A stretch of DNA of 64,000 nt, taken from the NCBI GenBank assembly GCA_965603825.1, contig CBFDEM010000004.1, forward strand, positions 434,001 to 498,000, read 5' to 3'. The notes beneath the pieces were generated by a model. That model worked only from the letters and a program-made list of their open reading frames with translations, was not told the DNA's origin and made no database searches. Positions 13,310 through 25,433 of this stretch are shown here, piece by piece (positions within the stretch are counted from its first letter, which is position 1; each line of letters begins with the position of its first letter). The position numbers and the translations under genes are program-made. Origin of the DNA: Blepharisma stoltei ATCC 30299. Taxonomy: Eukaryota > Protista > Ciliophora.

Positions 13310-14131
13310 ATGAAAGAATCCCTAGCTCATGGAATTTCAGGATCTCTAAGCGCATTAATAGCTGCGATTTTTCTTCATCCTTTTGAGTCTCTCCGAACTC
13401 GTATGCAAGCCACTCACCAAAAAGTTACTTTTTTGAGCTTTATTAAAAGCCTCCACAAAACAGAAGGCTTAAAATCTTTATACTCAGGGTTTTTATCAAC
13501 GCTTGTCAGTGCAGTAACTACTCAAGGGATTTATTTCCTCATCTATAGAATTATGCAAAGTTATTTTAAGCGATCCAAAAAAGTATTATCGATAACTGAT
13601 AGTCTCATTATCAGTTTTATAGCAAGTTCTATCACTACTGTTATTAATACCCCTATATGGACAGTCAACACAAGACTTATGAAAGAAAAATCTAAGCAAG
13701 GGATTATTGAATGCTTCCAAAAAATTATTGAAAAAGAAGGAATTTTAGGGCTATTTAAAGGACTGTCTGGAAGTTTAGCTCTGACATTGAATCCAATGAT
13801 TCAATTCGCTATTTATGAGCACATTAAGCAAAAATTCAGTAAAAAATCAAACGCTTTAGTTTACTTTTTATTTGGCGCTTTTTCAAAATTTATTTCCACA
13901 TTAGTAACTTACCCAATATTTACTATTAGGACAAGAACTCAGATCGAGGAAAAAAAAGCTCTAGGCTTTATTGAAGTCATGAACTTCATTCTGCAAAAGG
14001 AAGGACTCGGTGTACTTTATAATGGCCTTTCCACCAAGCTTATGCACACAGTTTTGAATTCTGCTATAATTTTAGCTGTCCACGAAAACCTAGCTAAAGC
14101 AATAGTCTTAGTTTTAACTAAAAATAAATAA
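13310..14131 (+). CDS. Mitochondrial carrier family protein, PMP34/SLC25A17-like
   Basis: Three carrier repeats: PFESLRTRMQ, TPIWTVNTRL, TYPIFTIRTR; LNPMIQFAIYE. Confidence 0.85.
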   Translation: MKESLAHGISGSLSALIAAIFLHPFESLRTRMQATHQKVTFLSFIKSLHKTEGLKSLYSGFLSTLVSAVTTQGIYFLIYRIMQSYFKRSKKVLSITDSLIISFIASSITTVINTPIWTVNTRLMKEKSKQGIIECFQKIIEKEGILGLFKGLSGSLALTLNPMIQFAIYEHIKQKFSKKSNALVYFLFGAFSKFISTLVTYPIFTIRTRTQIEEKKALGFIEVMNFILQKEGLGVLYNGLSTKLMHTVLNSAIILAVHENLAKAIVLVLTKNK

Positions 14132-14142
14132 TCTATTAAGGC

Positions 14143-16029
14143 ATGGCTTTCACAGACATTACAGAACGGCTTAGATCTGCTTCAACGCACTTAAAATACA
14201 GTCAGGTTATAGCTACGCCTGCGTTCTCTTATTACGAAAGCATGTCTGCAGTAGAGCTTATGGACCCAAAGCTTGATTCAGGGATGGAATTAATGGCTCT
14301 TCCTTTGATCTCTGATTTAATTTCCAATAGATCTATCCCTCATCCACAAAATCTTACAGATTCTCAAGTTCTAGGAATTTTAGATCAACAAGTAAAGAAT
14401 TTTGCTTTATGAATCGAAGGGCAATCTGTGGTTAATTCCATGTATTCTTGTGTGTATTTTCACACTCCAGAGCTACTCAATGAAAGTCTTATAATTAAAG
14501 CGTGCTTTGAAGCTTGCGTGTTTGTCATTGAAAACATCCATAAACTTGTACACTTGACTACTTGCTTAAGAGAAGATGACTATGGATACTCAGGGATAAA
14601 ATTCCAAGCTTTTGAGGTTGATGAGCATGAGCTTGAACAGCACCTTCTGGCAGCTGAAAAAGGAGTGCAAAATGAAAACATATTGGGAGCGCTAAGGTTC
14701 TTTAGGGCGTTGTTTTATTTGGTTAATAATTTAGTAAAGCCTAATGGATCTGGGCTTGGAGCTGCTGAATCATATATTCCTTTTATAGTTAAGCAATTGG
14801 AAGGAATCAAAGGTAGAAACAATGAAATTTTTGCAGAGGTCTTCAATGAGAAATACTGCTTAACAAAAGTCCCTTATTTTGGAGCAAACAAAATTTACAA
14901 AGTTGAAAACTACACATTTCAAATGGCAATTTCTCGCATAGAAAAATTCATTGAGTCTCTTTCAAGACTATGCTCAATTCAGGAAGCAACTGACTTAGAC
15001 CATTTGGTTTCTTTCTTGAACTCTATTCCTTCGTTCGACATTGCTTCTAGAGTTTTATATGAGTATCACCTCTTTGAGACGGTGGATAATGAAATCAAAG
15101 TATTTCACAATGTTTCATTGCAGCGGGTACTCATGAATTCAATGCAGAAATATGGAATTGATATAAACTTCATAAGCCAGAATGGCGATTTCACTACATA
15201 TATAAAGCGAGTCGAAATTGTATATAAAGAAACAATTCTTTTATCTCTTAAAAATAAAACTCGCCAGCAAAGGATCCTTCCCAAGTATTTCTCTGATTTC
15301 AACATCCTAATCAGCGAAGCCAACTATGTCGAGCAGCAAATATTTGGCAAGCAGCGGCAAGGCCAATTAATTTTCCAGTGGATTTTCACACAAGTGATGT
15401 CTCTCATGATCCTTTATCTCAGACTAAGCTTCGAACTCAAACTTTATGCAGTCTCAGAAATCGGAATGGCAATGTTTTACATGGATTTCTTATATGGTGC
15501 CTACTTAAACGGCTTAAAAGCTTCCATTGAGTTTTTCACATCAAAACAAGCTAAAAAGAAAAAATTAAAATGCCCAAAATACTATCAAGATGAGTATAAA
15601 TTGGCGTCAGGGCTTAGACTAATGTGCAGAGGAATGGTGAGGCTTCATGCAATCTTGATCAAATATAATTTGATAGAAAACGTTGTTCCTGAAATTGAGA
15701 TTCCACGGTTTAATAAGAGGTTTAAAGCTTTTAACGCGCTTCAGATACCTCAGAAATTGGAATATGATGCATATGAGACAGTGAAGTTTTTACCGAAAAC
15801 TGTAGAAATTGATAGGCTCATTACAGACTGCAAGGAATCATTTGACAGTGCTAGAAGCCTACTGAAAGAGTTAGAAGGATTCCAGTCAATTAAAGAGCTT
15901 ATGAGAGTTTGTGTATGGAATACCCTAGCAATTGGAAAGGGAGTGAAAGCGAGTTGGGAATGCAAGGCGAGCTTTGAATACAATGAAGATAGTGTGTTTT
16001 CAGTCTGCTCAATTCAATCATTAACTTAA
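14143..16029 (+). CDS. NAA35: NatC auxiliary subunit NAA35/Mak10 (628 aa)
   Basis: FSYYESMSAVELMDPKLDSG, L(W=TGA 14410)IEGQS...YSCVY, LREDD, RFNKRFKAF. Confidence 0.9.
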
Positions 16030-16074
16030 GATTTTTATTATTGCCAGGATAGTTTCTATAGTCAATAAATTTAT

Positions 16075-17736
16075 TTAGTATGATATTTCAACTTTTACAT
16101 CCTCTAAAGATATGCAGCTGTCTTCAATTTTGTAAGGAAGGCCTTTTTCATCATTTTCGTTGTCTTTTTCTTCTGAATTGTAGATGCGAATTGGGATACC
16201 CAAAGTTAAGCTTGGGATTTCTCCTGGCTGTTCTATCACTGCGACTTCAGCAACTATAGGAAGAAACCTCTCTTTTTCATATGGCTATATATTAATTACA
16301 AGCATCATGCCTTCTGAGTATGCAAATAATGTATTTCTGTCAAACATTCCTTGTAGAATGTCATCTAAAGATACTAGAGGCCCATTTTCGCCTAAACTTA
16401 AAGTTTCAATTTGATCAAAAAACGGTTCCCGCTTTCTAAAATGGAAAAATAGAAAAAAAACCAAATAGCACTGATAAATAATGCTGAGGTGAGTGCTAAT
16501 TGCTACTCAAGGCTTGTATTCAAGGTAAAATATAGTTATTATCAAACAAGTGCTCAGGGCAAGCAAAAAGATTATCAACGTGATCCTTAGAAATCTAAAC
16601 ATTCTATACTTTATTCAAAACGGAGTGTTTATAGGGTCAATTCCTGCTTCAGAAATTAATTGCATTTGTTTGGCTAAATTCCTGCTGTTTTTCGTTGTAT
16701 CTCATATACAAATAACTAAAATCAGAACATAGCTCCCAGAAAGCGAGAACAACCCATCGTCTCCTACCTCTACATAAAGCCTCATGCAGTAAAATAGAGA
16801 CCCAATCACAAAAACCGCTTTTACAATTGCCCAGCACTGTATTGATGACTTGGTGATCCCTGATCCTGCACAAATGAAGATGGTAATTCAAAAGAAAAAG
16901 CATTCAGAAGCAGCAAATAAATACATGCTTCAGTTTTTTAATTCCTCATCAGATTTTCCTGTATCAGAATAATCTTCTCAATAGAGCTTAAAAATCCAGG
17001 AAAATCCTGCTCACACCATTGCGTTGAGTATTAAGTAAATCTGGATTAATGAAAGTTTGATTTTCCTAACAAGAATTCATGATAATAATCAAAGACCAAT
17101 AATTGATAATCAACCTACTTGTGCACCATTCATAACATATTTGATCTCAATATATCCAACTGCTAAATTCTCTCCACCTGGGTTCATAAATGTATAGTCA
17201 ATGCTTAAATCAACTTTGTCTTCTACACAATTCGCGGCTACAAAGTAATACAACTTTGACTTGCCTATTCTGGCTGAAATATCACTACCATCTTGGCCTT
17301 TCAAATTTCTATCACTTTTAGTCTGATCATATATAAACTGCTCCAAATAGTATTCCCAGTCTTCATCTGTAAGACTAAACCTATTGATTCTAATTTTCCT
17401 TAAATAATTGAGAAAGTCAGTGTTGTTCTTGTAATCCGGCCCATAAAAAGGATACGTAAAATTATAATCACAGTCAGAATAATTTCCAGCATTGGTGCTA
17501 TTTATACAGAAATTCGATTTAAATTCCTTGGCAATTGAGCTGACATCGCCAAGTCCACAGAGATAGATACCTAGAGAGCCAGTGCTATTGGATGTAATAG
17601 AGAGATTCAGAGCAATCCAGCCACCTTCTTCAAAGTCAAATCATGCTCATGATTTCGCAGAGGGTTTACTAAAGCTGATGTCAGTGTCACTTATAATCCC
17701 ATAGGCGAGATGAAAAAGAATATGGAATAAAATCAT
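16075..17736 (-). CDS. Signal peptide + lumenal domain + ~7 TM protein, GOST/GPR107/TMEM87-like (~548 aa)
   Basis: One frame from ATG 17736 with about a dozen TGA=Trp. Motifs YYFVAANC...YTFMNPGGENL and KYRMFRFLR; several hydrophobic helices; one intron; TAA 16075-16077. Confidence 0.75.
16285..16299 (-). other. 15-nt intron gtaattaatatatag
   Basis: In-frame TAG; frame continues ~70 codons after removal. Confidence 0.8.
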
Positions 17737-18081
17737 AATTTATTAAAAAAATCTATTTAATTAAGTTTAACAATGAAACTGTGGCTGCGTTTGGAGAATT
17801 TTCTTTATTAAACCATTCGGATGGTAAGAGAAATAACTGAAGAAGTCCTTTTATTTTAATACAAAAATGGAGAAAGCATTAACAATAAGAATTTGCGCAT
17901 TATAAATTTATTTAAATTAAAAAATAAAATTTAGATTTAGACTCTTGAAATTTATTTGTACCAGCAATTGATTATTAATCTCTACTCAAAAATCATTGAA
18001 AATCTTAGTCTCTTATTCTCCCATTTCCACACAAATTATCTCGAATTATTTTTAAACTAATTATAATTTCAGCATTCTACA

Positions 18082-19150
18082 CTAGCTGGGACTGACGCAT
18101 TTTGAGGCGATCTTTTCAAACTTCTTAAATGAGCTTGAAGAGCTTAAAGACAAGATTGAGTTGTCTTGAAACCCTTCGCATATATTATTGTCAGCATCAG
18201 CCATTAAATTCAAAATATCGATCTTCTTGACCCTCTGTGTAGCGTCTACAATAGGTGATGGCTGAGGTGACTTAAGCGCCCTTTTCCCTAGTTGAGCTTC
18301 GAGCTTTCGTATAGCTGCTCGAATCCATTTGATGTAATGGTACTGGGGCAGCCTTTTCTTGATTTCCTTGACTTCTTCTCGCATGGTGGCTTTGAGGCGC
18401 CTCCAAGTGTGCTTTATGACGTCTAAACTGAGAGCTCGGTCTTTGAATTCTCTAGATATTTTTTCCCAGTCTCCTAAGTGTTTTTGGATACCTCGCAGAA
18501 GTGTCAGCTTGTCTTGGATGCCTAAGTGGTCTTCTGCTGGAGGTATCAGACTTAAAATTTCAGGGAGAATTTCTTGCTTCAACCTTGAATTTGTCTTGAA
18601 GGTGGGAATTGGGGTTGCTGATAATTCCCGGGCTTTGTTTAAGATTCTTCGTCTTTCTAAGCTAGATAATGGAGGATTTGAATGTATCGTAGACAGGAAA
18701 TTCAAAATTTCTACTGTGTCTTGTGACTTTGGTAGATGCTCATGATAAGCTTGAAATCTTGATTCAGCCAAGCTATTTTGCTCAGTATCTTCTAAATTCC
18801 AAACTAAATCAAATCGCTTTTTACTCTCAGTGAACTCTAAATATTCTTTACTTTTCTTCTGCTTCTGGGGATCTAGTATGAACTCGTGAAATAGCTCTCT
18901 ACACTCGTCCTTCGAAATCTTGCCCCCAGTTTTCTCAGAAACCTGGGATAAAGCAATTTCAATATCTTCAGTAGTAAAAGGGTCTACTTCTTTGATTAGC
19001 ACTCTGATGAAGGTATAGAAGTGCTTAAGCTTCTCAAGTTCTTCTGACGTTGCTTGCTTCTTGCGACCTTCCTCATCTCTGCGTGCCCAGCGGCCTCTCT
19101 ATATAAAAAGGTACCTTCTTAGGTAGCTTGCCTTCTTCTAGCTTTTTCAT
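18082..19150 (-). CDS. Myb/SANT-like domain protein (350 aa, one 16-nt intron)
   Basis: ATG 19150; intron 19099-19114 restores frame. QDKLTLLRGIQKHLGDWEKISREF...IKHTWRRLK is Myb-like. Confidence 0.75.
19099..19114 (-). other. 16-nt intron gtacctttttatatag
   Basis: GT-AG, A at -6; joins the only upstream ATG in frame. Confidence 0.85.
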
Positions 19151-19804
19151 GGTGTAAATATGGTAATTGCTAATCAAAATACCTGGCAAAGCGAAATTTT
19201 AGGATAGGAGACTGAAAGATCTTTGAAATAGAAAAACAGCAAAGGCAGATCAGGACTAGGAGATTGAAAACAAAATGGTTGACTTTTTATATTTTGGGAA
19301 GTAAAGAGGTGGATTCAGATGGTTTAAAAATTTAAAGCAAAAATATTTATTTTGAAATTGATCGCAGCTAGTTGTTTATTATATGAGCAATTAATATTAT
19401 TAGAAATGGAAAATAGGAATATAGAAATGGAATATTTGGAAGAAAGGCAAAAAACTGAAGAAGTCAAAAGAATCGAATAAGAGAGGGTGTTCGATACCAA
19501 AACTGCTCTAAGTGGATTTTGAAATAAATGTACTTATGTATAAAACAAAGAATGGACTATTTCTAATATAGATTTTATTTTAAATTCTTAAGGAGATAAT
19601 TAGCCAGTAATCAAGAAAGTGAAGTCCAGAATTTTCTGAGCGACTCAATTTATGAGTTTCTATAAAATCCAAAAAAAGCTGTAAATCAGTAAGAATTTTT
19701 TATCAAATAGATCTCATAAATAACTTTCTTTATCTAAAAAGCCTATAAAATATGACCATGAACTATAATCCTCGTAAAGCCAATAGATCCGATGACTAAT
19801 AAAA

Positions 19805-21466
19805 ATGTCGAAATTCTCAAGTGATTATCAATTAAATGTGAAGGCCTCTGAGTTCACCCCAGTAGGCCTTATATCTCCAGATATTTCAGCTCTTAATCCT
19901 CATGCTTATGCATTTGAGCCAGAAAATTTAAAGCCTGATTCTTCTTCTCTTAAAGAAGAGAGTAAATCTCTCGAGAGTGAAGAAATTCCTATCCAACCAA
20001 TAGAAGAAGCTAAGTCCTCTCAGCCAAAGCCAAAAGTTTACTCAATTAGTTTTCTTTTAACTTTAAGGACACTCTGCACAGAATTGCCTTCAAATGTGAG
20101 TATTCCTGACCCTTATAATTTATCATCAAAAAAACACCGAAAAAGAAGCAAAAAATCTAAGAAAGGTGAAGGGCAAAAAATTGATGATGAAATAAAGCCT
20201 CAAGAAAGCGTTTTTACATCCTGCCCAATACTAGTCAAAACTGAAAAGCCATTATCGGAAAAATTAAAAAAAGAAGTTAGTGACTTAGAAAAATCAGCAA
20301 GAAGAATCAGACTGATTTTAAACAAGCTTTCTCCAGAAAATTTAGAAAAACTTGGGAATTCCCTTGTTGAAGATTTCGAGTATAACTATGAATTACTACA
20401 AGAACTTGTGAAATTCATATTTGAGCGCGCAACAGCTCAAAGTTTTGCTGCAATGTATGCCAGCCTGTGTGGGTATTTGACAAAAAAATTCAAAGCTGAA
20501 GACCCAGACCTTTCTCGAGGTTTTAAAGTGAAATTGGTTGAAAAATGCAGAGAATGCTTTTATAAAGAAGATGAGCCTCAACAAGGCGATGCTTTAATGG
20601 ATGCAGAATATAAAAGGCGCAGAAGACTAATAGGAAATATAAAATTTATAGGCTTATTATTCAAGCAAAGAATGATCAAAACTGATATCATGTTTGAATG
20701 CTTTGACGTTCTTATAAAGCCAGAAACCCTCTCAGATGAGACAATTGAAACTTGCTGCCATCTGTTCAAGGAATGCTCAAACTTATTAGCAGCGCGACAA
20801 GTTGAAAAACTAAACGAATATTTTGAAAAAATCGCTGAACTTACGAATAATGCGAGATTAAGCAAAAGAATTTGCTTTATGATTCAAGACATTGTCGAGT
20901 CCAAAGCAATTTTAATGACTCCAATTCAAAAAGTTAACGTTTCAACTGTGAAAAGTTCTGAAGACACTGTTGTAAGGAAAATCGGGAAGGTTAAGTTTGC
21001 AGACGAAGAAGAAGAAAAAGAGCTTCAAAGTCCAACTGTCCCAAAGCCTTCAATCCTTAAAATGATTGTTTCTGAAGAGACGAAAGCTGAGCTAAAGCTC
21101 ATAATCAGAAACTTCATCCAGGACCGTGACGTTGAAAAAGCGATAGAAAAGCTAGCCCCAGTTTTCCACAGAAATTCTGAAAAACATCGGCAACTAGTTT
21201 ATCAAATAATAAAATACGTCATTTGTGAATACTCTCACATAGGTGAATTTGACGCAATTTGTGAGCTTTTCCATAGATTCATGTCAATTTCCCACATTTC
21301 TGGAGAAATCATTGAAACTGGGATCGTCATCACAATTGAAGCTTTAAGTGACATTAAGCTTGACTCCCCAAACGCTGCTCATGACTTGGAACATATTATT
21401 CACCAATTCCAAGTAATTGGAGTCCTGAACGATACACAAAGTTTGCTTAAGCATATCATAGAGTAA
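19805..21466 (+). CDS. EIF4G: eIF4G-like translation initiation factor (PAM2 x2, 4E-binding motif, MIF4G, MA3-like)
   Basis: IRLILNKLSPEN, FAAMYASLC, RRLIGNIKFIGLLF, RICFMIQD; YSISFLL matches YxxxxLphi. Confidence 0.85.
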   Translation: MSKFSSDYQLNVKASEFTPVGLISPDISALNPHAYAFEPENLKPDSSSLKEESKSLESEEIPIQPIEEAKSSQPKPKVYSISFLLTLRTLCTELPSNVSIPDPYNLSSKKHRKRSKKSKKGEGQKIDDEIKPQESVFTSCPILVKTEKPLSEKLKKEVSDLEKSARRIRLILNKLSPENLEKLGNSLVEDFEYNYELLQELVKFIFERATAQSFAAMYASLCGYLTKKFKAEDPDLSRGFKVKLVEKCRECFYKEDEPQQGDALMDAEYKRRRRLIGNIKFIGLLFKQRMIKTDIMFECFDVLIKPETLSDETIETCCHLFKECSNLLAARQVEKLNEYFEKIAELTNNARLSKRICFMIQDIVESKAILMTPIQKVNVSTVKSSEDTVVRKIGKVKFADEEEEKELQSPTVPKPSILKMIVSEETKAELKLIIRNFIQDRDVEKAIEKLAPVFHRNSEKHRQLVYQIIKYVICEYSHIGEFDAICELFHRFMSISHISGEIIETGIVITIEALSDIKLDSPNAAHDLEHIIHQFQVIGVLNDTQSLLKHIIE

Positions 21467-21542
21467 ATATATCCTCATAATTATGGCATATTTCTAAGAT
21501 GTTTCTATAATAAGACAATTATCTGATAATTATAATATTAAT

Positions 21543-22232
21543 ATGTCCAGAGAAGAGCTCATCTACAATGCCAAGCTGGCAGAGCACGCTGAAAGGTACG
21601 CTGATATGGTCCGCTACGTAAAGCAGCTTATTGATGAAGCTGCAGGCGACCTGAACAGCGAGGAAAGAACTTTGCTAAGTGTGGCTTATAAGCAAGCAGT
21701 CGGTGAGCGCAGAAACGCTTCAAGGATTCTATCGTCTTACGAAGAAAAGCAACGCTCAAGGGGCTCTGAACATCTAGATATCATCACTGAGTACAAGCAA
21801 AGGGTTCATAAAGAGCTTCGTGATCTCTGCATGGAAGTTGTCCATCTAGTGGATGAGAAGCTACTAAAAAAAGGAGAGCCTGATGAAGTAGAAGTATTTT
21901 ATTTGAAAATGAAAGGAGATTACTACAGATATTTAGCAGAATCTGGAGACCAGCAAGTCATCCAAAGCAGTCTTGATGCCTATTTAAACGCTTCAGAAGC
22001 AGCAACTCATTTGCCAGCCAACAACCCAGTAAGATTAGGACTAGCACTTAATTTTTCAGTGTTTTACTATGAAGCAATGAGAGAACAAGAAAAAGCCTGT
22101 GAATTGGCCAGAAAAACTTTTGATGAGGCTTTGCCAACTTTAGAAGAACTTGACGAGAGAGCTTACAAGGAGGCCACTTCAATTTTGGGACTCATCAAGG
22201 ACAACCTCACCATTTGGACCAGCGAGGATTAA
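21543..22232 (+). CDS. 14-3-3 protein
   Basis: AKLAEHAERY, FYLKMKGDYYRYLAE, NPVRLGLALNFSVFYYE, DNLTIW. Confidence 0.97.
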   Translation: MSREELIYNAKLAEHAERYADMVRYVKQLIDEAAGDLNSEERTLLSVAYKQAVGERRNASRILSSYEEKQRSRGSEHLDIITEYKQRVHKELRDLCMEVVHLVDEKLLKKGEPDEVEVFYLKMKGDYYRYLAESGDQQVIQSSLDAYLNASEAATHLPANNPVRLGLALNFSVFYYEAMREQEKACELARKTFDEALPTLEELDERAYKEATSILGLIKDNLTIWTSED

Positions 22233-22492
22233 TAAGGTATTAAGTCTTAGAAATTAATTAAATTAAGTGGCTTAATAGAAAAAAGTAATTTAAATTGCCT
22301 TCTCATAGTTTTCATAAGCAAATTTGCTGATGTCATCAATAAATTATTAGAAACATTGGATTATTCATTTCTTATATTTTTACAAATTTTTTTTACCTGA
22401 TTATTGCAAATTTTATTTGATCTGAAATATTTTCTACGATTTATTACACTTATTTCTTAATAATAAAGAAAGACTTACTAATAATTAAACGC

Positions 22493-23380
22493 TTACAACC
22501 CAAAGAATAGATCAGGGTCAATGTCCCCATCATCCACTTCTTTGAACAAGCAAAGGCTTTCTCCTTTGAAATCTTCAGGGTCGCAAACGTCAATGATCTC
22601 GTCAATGCCCTTTTCAACAATTTTGCTCTGGATTGTTGAATACTTGGACATATCGTTCGTGCTTTCCACTGACATCCAAGGCTCAATGCCTAAATTATCG
22701 AACATGATTTTCTGGACATAAAACTTAAGTAATTTTCAGCTATTCATGCATTCTGAAGAGTGCTGAGGAGCTCTGCAGCATCTCAACTTGAATTTTTTAC
22801 ACAGAACATCAGGGTCAAACTCTGAAAAGACATATTCTGTGTAGTAGAAATAAGATTCTCTTACTTCAATTGGCTCGAAATATTTTCGACAAAATTTCCC
22901 ATTAAAGCTTTTAGGCAGGTCATTTTCTTCACCTTTACGCTTTGTTTTTCCATCAGTTTTCGGGCCAGCTTCAGTCTTACTTTCTTGGCTGAGAATGGAT
23001 TTATACTGGTTGAACGACTTGAGGAGCTGGTCCCAGTAACTTTTGGCCTTAGCTGAAAAAACATTTAAAGTCCTTTTAGGCTTGATACCTCTTTCAATTT
23101 GTCGATTGACACGCTTGTGGCCTCTAATCATTTTGCATCGTAGATACTCTTTCTTTGGAGGCTTAGGCTTAGATAAGCTTTCAAAGCGATTTAAAATCTT
23201 GGTGTCAACGATTTGCTTCCTCCCGGTCGATTTCTTAGTAGAATAAAGGTCTTCAGTTTCGATTGGGATTTCTGGAACTCGGGCAGGAGAAGACTGAGGC
23301 AAGTCCAAGAAGTCTCTGAAATCTAAGTCGTTTGCATTGAATGTTGCAGGGCTCACAAAGGACTGGCTAGAGTTATTCAT
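22493..23380 (-). CDS. Hypothetical Cys/His-cluster protein, paralogue A (295 aa)
   Basis: Collinear with 23862-24743; TGA at 22736 aligns with TGG in the paralogue. Confidence 0.85.
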
Positions 23381-23861
23381 TATTTCTTTGTAATATAAAA
23401 TTATCGGATAAATTATATTAGAAAATTTATTAGTAGCAACTATTAAGAAGAGATAAAGCAGCTTGAAGATCATTCAGATTGAACGGATGGCATATAGTTA
23501 TAATAAAATGGTTTTTTTTACCCTCAAATTTTACTTTAAAATTAGTGAAACAATTATGGTCTTTTACGCCATTACAGTAAGAAATTTATAAAAATTTATT
23601 CAAATTCTAAAATTCATAAGCTTAATGATAAACTGATAATAAATCATTTTTTGTATGTAATAATATACAGATACGATTTTTTCGCAGGCTAAATGTTTTT
23701 GGGCTATTCTATTAAAAAATATAATTTTCTTCTTCAAGAATAAAACACTTAAATTTTAATGAGAACTAAATCAAAGGAAAAATAAGCATAAGACCCTTTA
23801 TTGCTGGTATTAAGTCGATTTATTTACATGTAAATTATTATGTATGTATATATATAAGTAC

Positions 23862-24743
23862 TTACAATCCAAAGAACAAATCTGGATCGAAATCCCCATC
23901 ATCCACCTCTCGAAATGAATAAAACTGTTCGTCCTTGATTTCTTCATTATAGCAGATATCAATGACCTCATCTATACCTTTTTCAGCATGGTTCTCATTT
24001 CCTGAATCAGAATAACTTGAAGCTTCTGTGCTTTCTAAAGACATCCATGGCTCTATACCTATGTTATCGAGCATGATTTTTTGAACATAAAACTTCAGTA
24101 GCTTCCAGCTGTTCATGCATTCTGAAGAGTGCTGAGGAGCTCTGCAGCATCTCAGCTTGAACTTTTTGCATAGAACATCTGGGTCGAATTCTGAAAAAAT
24201 GTACTCTGTGTAGTAGAAATAAGACTCTCTCACCTGTATAGGCTCAAAATATTTCTTGCAAAATTTCCCATTAAAGCTCTTAGGAAGATCATTTTCTTCG
24301 CCCTTTCGCTTAGCTTTTCCATCAGTTTTAGGGCCTGCTTCAGTTTTGCTTTCTTCACTCAGGATGGATCTGTACTGATGGAAGCATTTTGTGAGCTGAT
24401 CCCAGTAGCTTTGAGCTTTTTCTGAGAAGACATTTAATGTCTTCTGAGGAAGGGTACCTTTTTCAATCTGCCGGTTCACACGCTTGTGTCCTCTTATCAT
24501 TTTGCAACGGAGGTACTCCTTTTTAGGAGGCTTTGGCTTAGAGAGGCTTTCAAAACGGTTGAGGATCTTGGTGTCGACAATTTGTTTGCGGCCGGAAGTC
24601 GATTTCCTTGTGGAAAGAGGCTCTTCTGTTTCTGTGGAAATCTCAGGAATTCTAAGAGGGGCTGGCTGTGGAAAATCCAGGAAGTCTCTGAAATCTAAGT
24701 CAGCAACTCGAACTAATGTTTGCTTTGAGAATGATTGGTCCAT
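23862..24743 (-). CDS. Hypothetical Cys/His-cluster protein, paralogue B (293 aa)
   Basis: Intact ORF; KKEYLRCKMIRGHKR...LCKKFKLRCCRAPQHSSECMNSW; acidic tail. Confidence 0.85.
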   Translation of the reverse strand: MDQSFSKQTLVRVADLDFRDFLDFPQPAPLRIPEISTETEEPLSTRKSTSGRKQIVDTKILNRFESLSKPKPPKKEYLRCKMIRGHKRVNRQIEKGTLPQKTLNVFSEKAQSYWDQLTKCFHQYRSILSEESKTEAGPKTDGKAKRKGEENDLPKSFNGKFCKKYFEPIQVRESYFYYTEYIFSEFDPDVLCKKFKLRCCRAPQHSSECMNSWKLLKFYVQKIMLDNIGIEPWMSLESTEASSYSDSGNENHAEKGIDEVIDICYNEEIKDEQFYSFREVDDGDFDPDLFFGL

Positions 24744-25433
24744 ATGTATAATTTATTATAATAAAATTAAGGTTTTTTTGATTTATTATGTTGTCAATTG
24801 TATACAAATATATGGTGAAGTATAAAAAGGCTGGCAATCTAAATTTTAGGAATAAGTTTAAGAGGCCGCCTTTAGTACCAGAATTAGAAGGCCATTTTTT
24901 AATTAACTATAGAAATAAAACTGCTATATAAATTCTCTCTGGTTTTGGAGAGAAATACTAAACTTTCGAAATAAAAAAGAAATTCTTTAGAAAATAATGC
25001 TTATACACATTTCTCTAGATAATTATGGAATGCTAAAATCTGATCAAAATTTATTATTTTGAGTATTTAAAGCGTAGATAATTGCCGTGATAATTTAATC
25101 AGCCATGCCTGCATATTGATTCTTGAGTATTTCATTTCTTATATTTCGAGCATGTATTTTATCTAGGGATTACTTAAAATTATCAGAAATTTTGCTATGA
25201 TAATTTATTGCTCTCGTTAGCTGATGAAAATTAATAATCCTCCTTATGATTTGGTGTCTAATAATTTAGAATACTTCAAAAATCTTTTGTTGGAGTAAGG
25301 CTAAAAATAGTCATGATGTATTTTTTTCATTTTTGAATCTATATTTGATAAGAAATAAGCCAAATTGAATTCCAAATTTATTATTTTTCTCACAAAGCAC
25401 TCAAAAGCACACGTGTAATAATAAAGCATAAAA

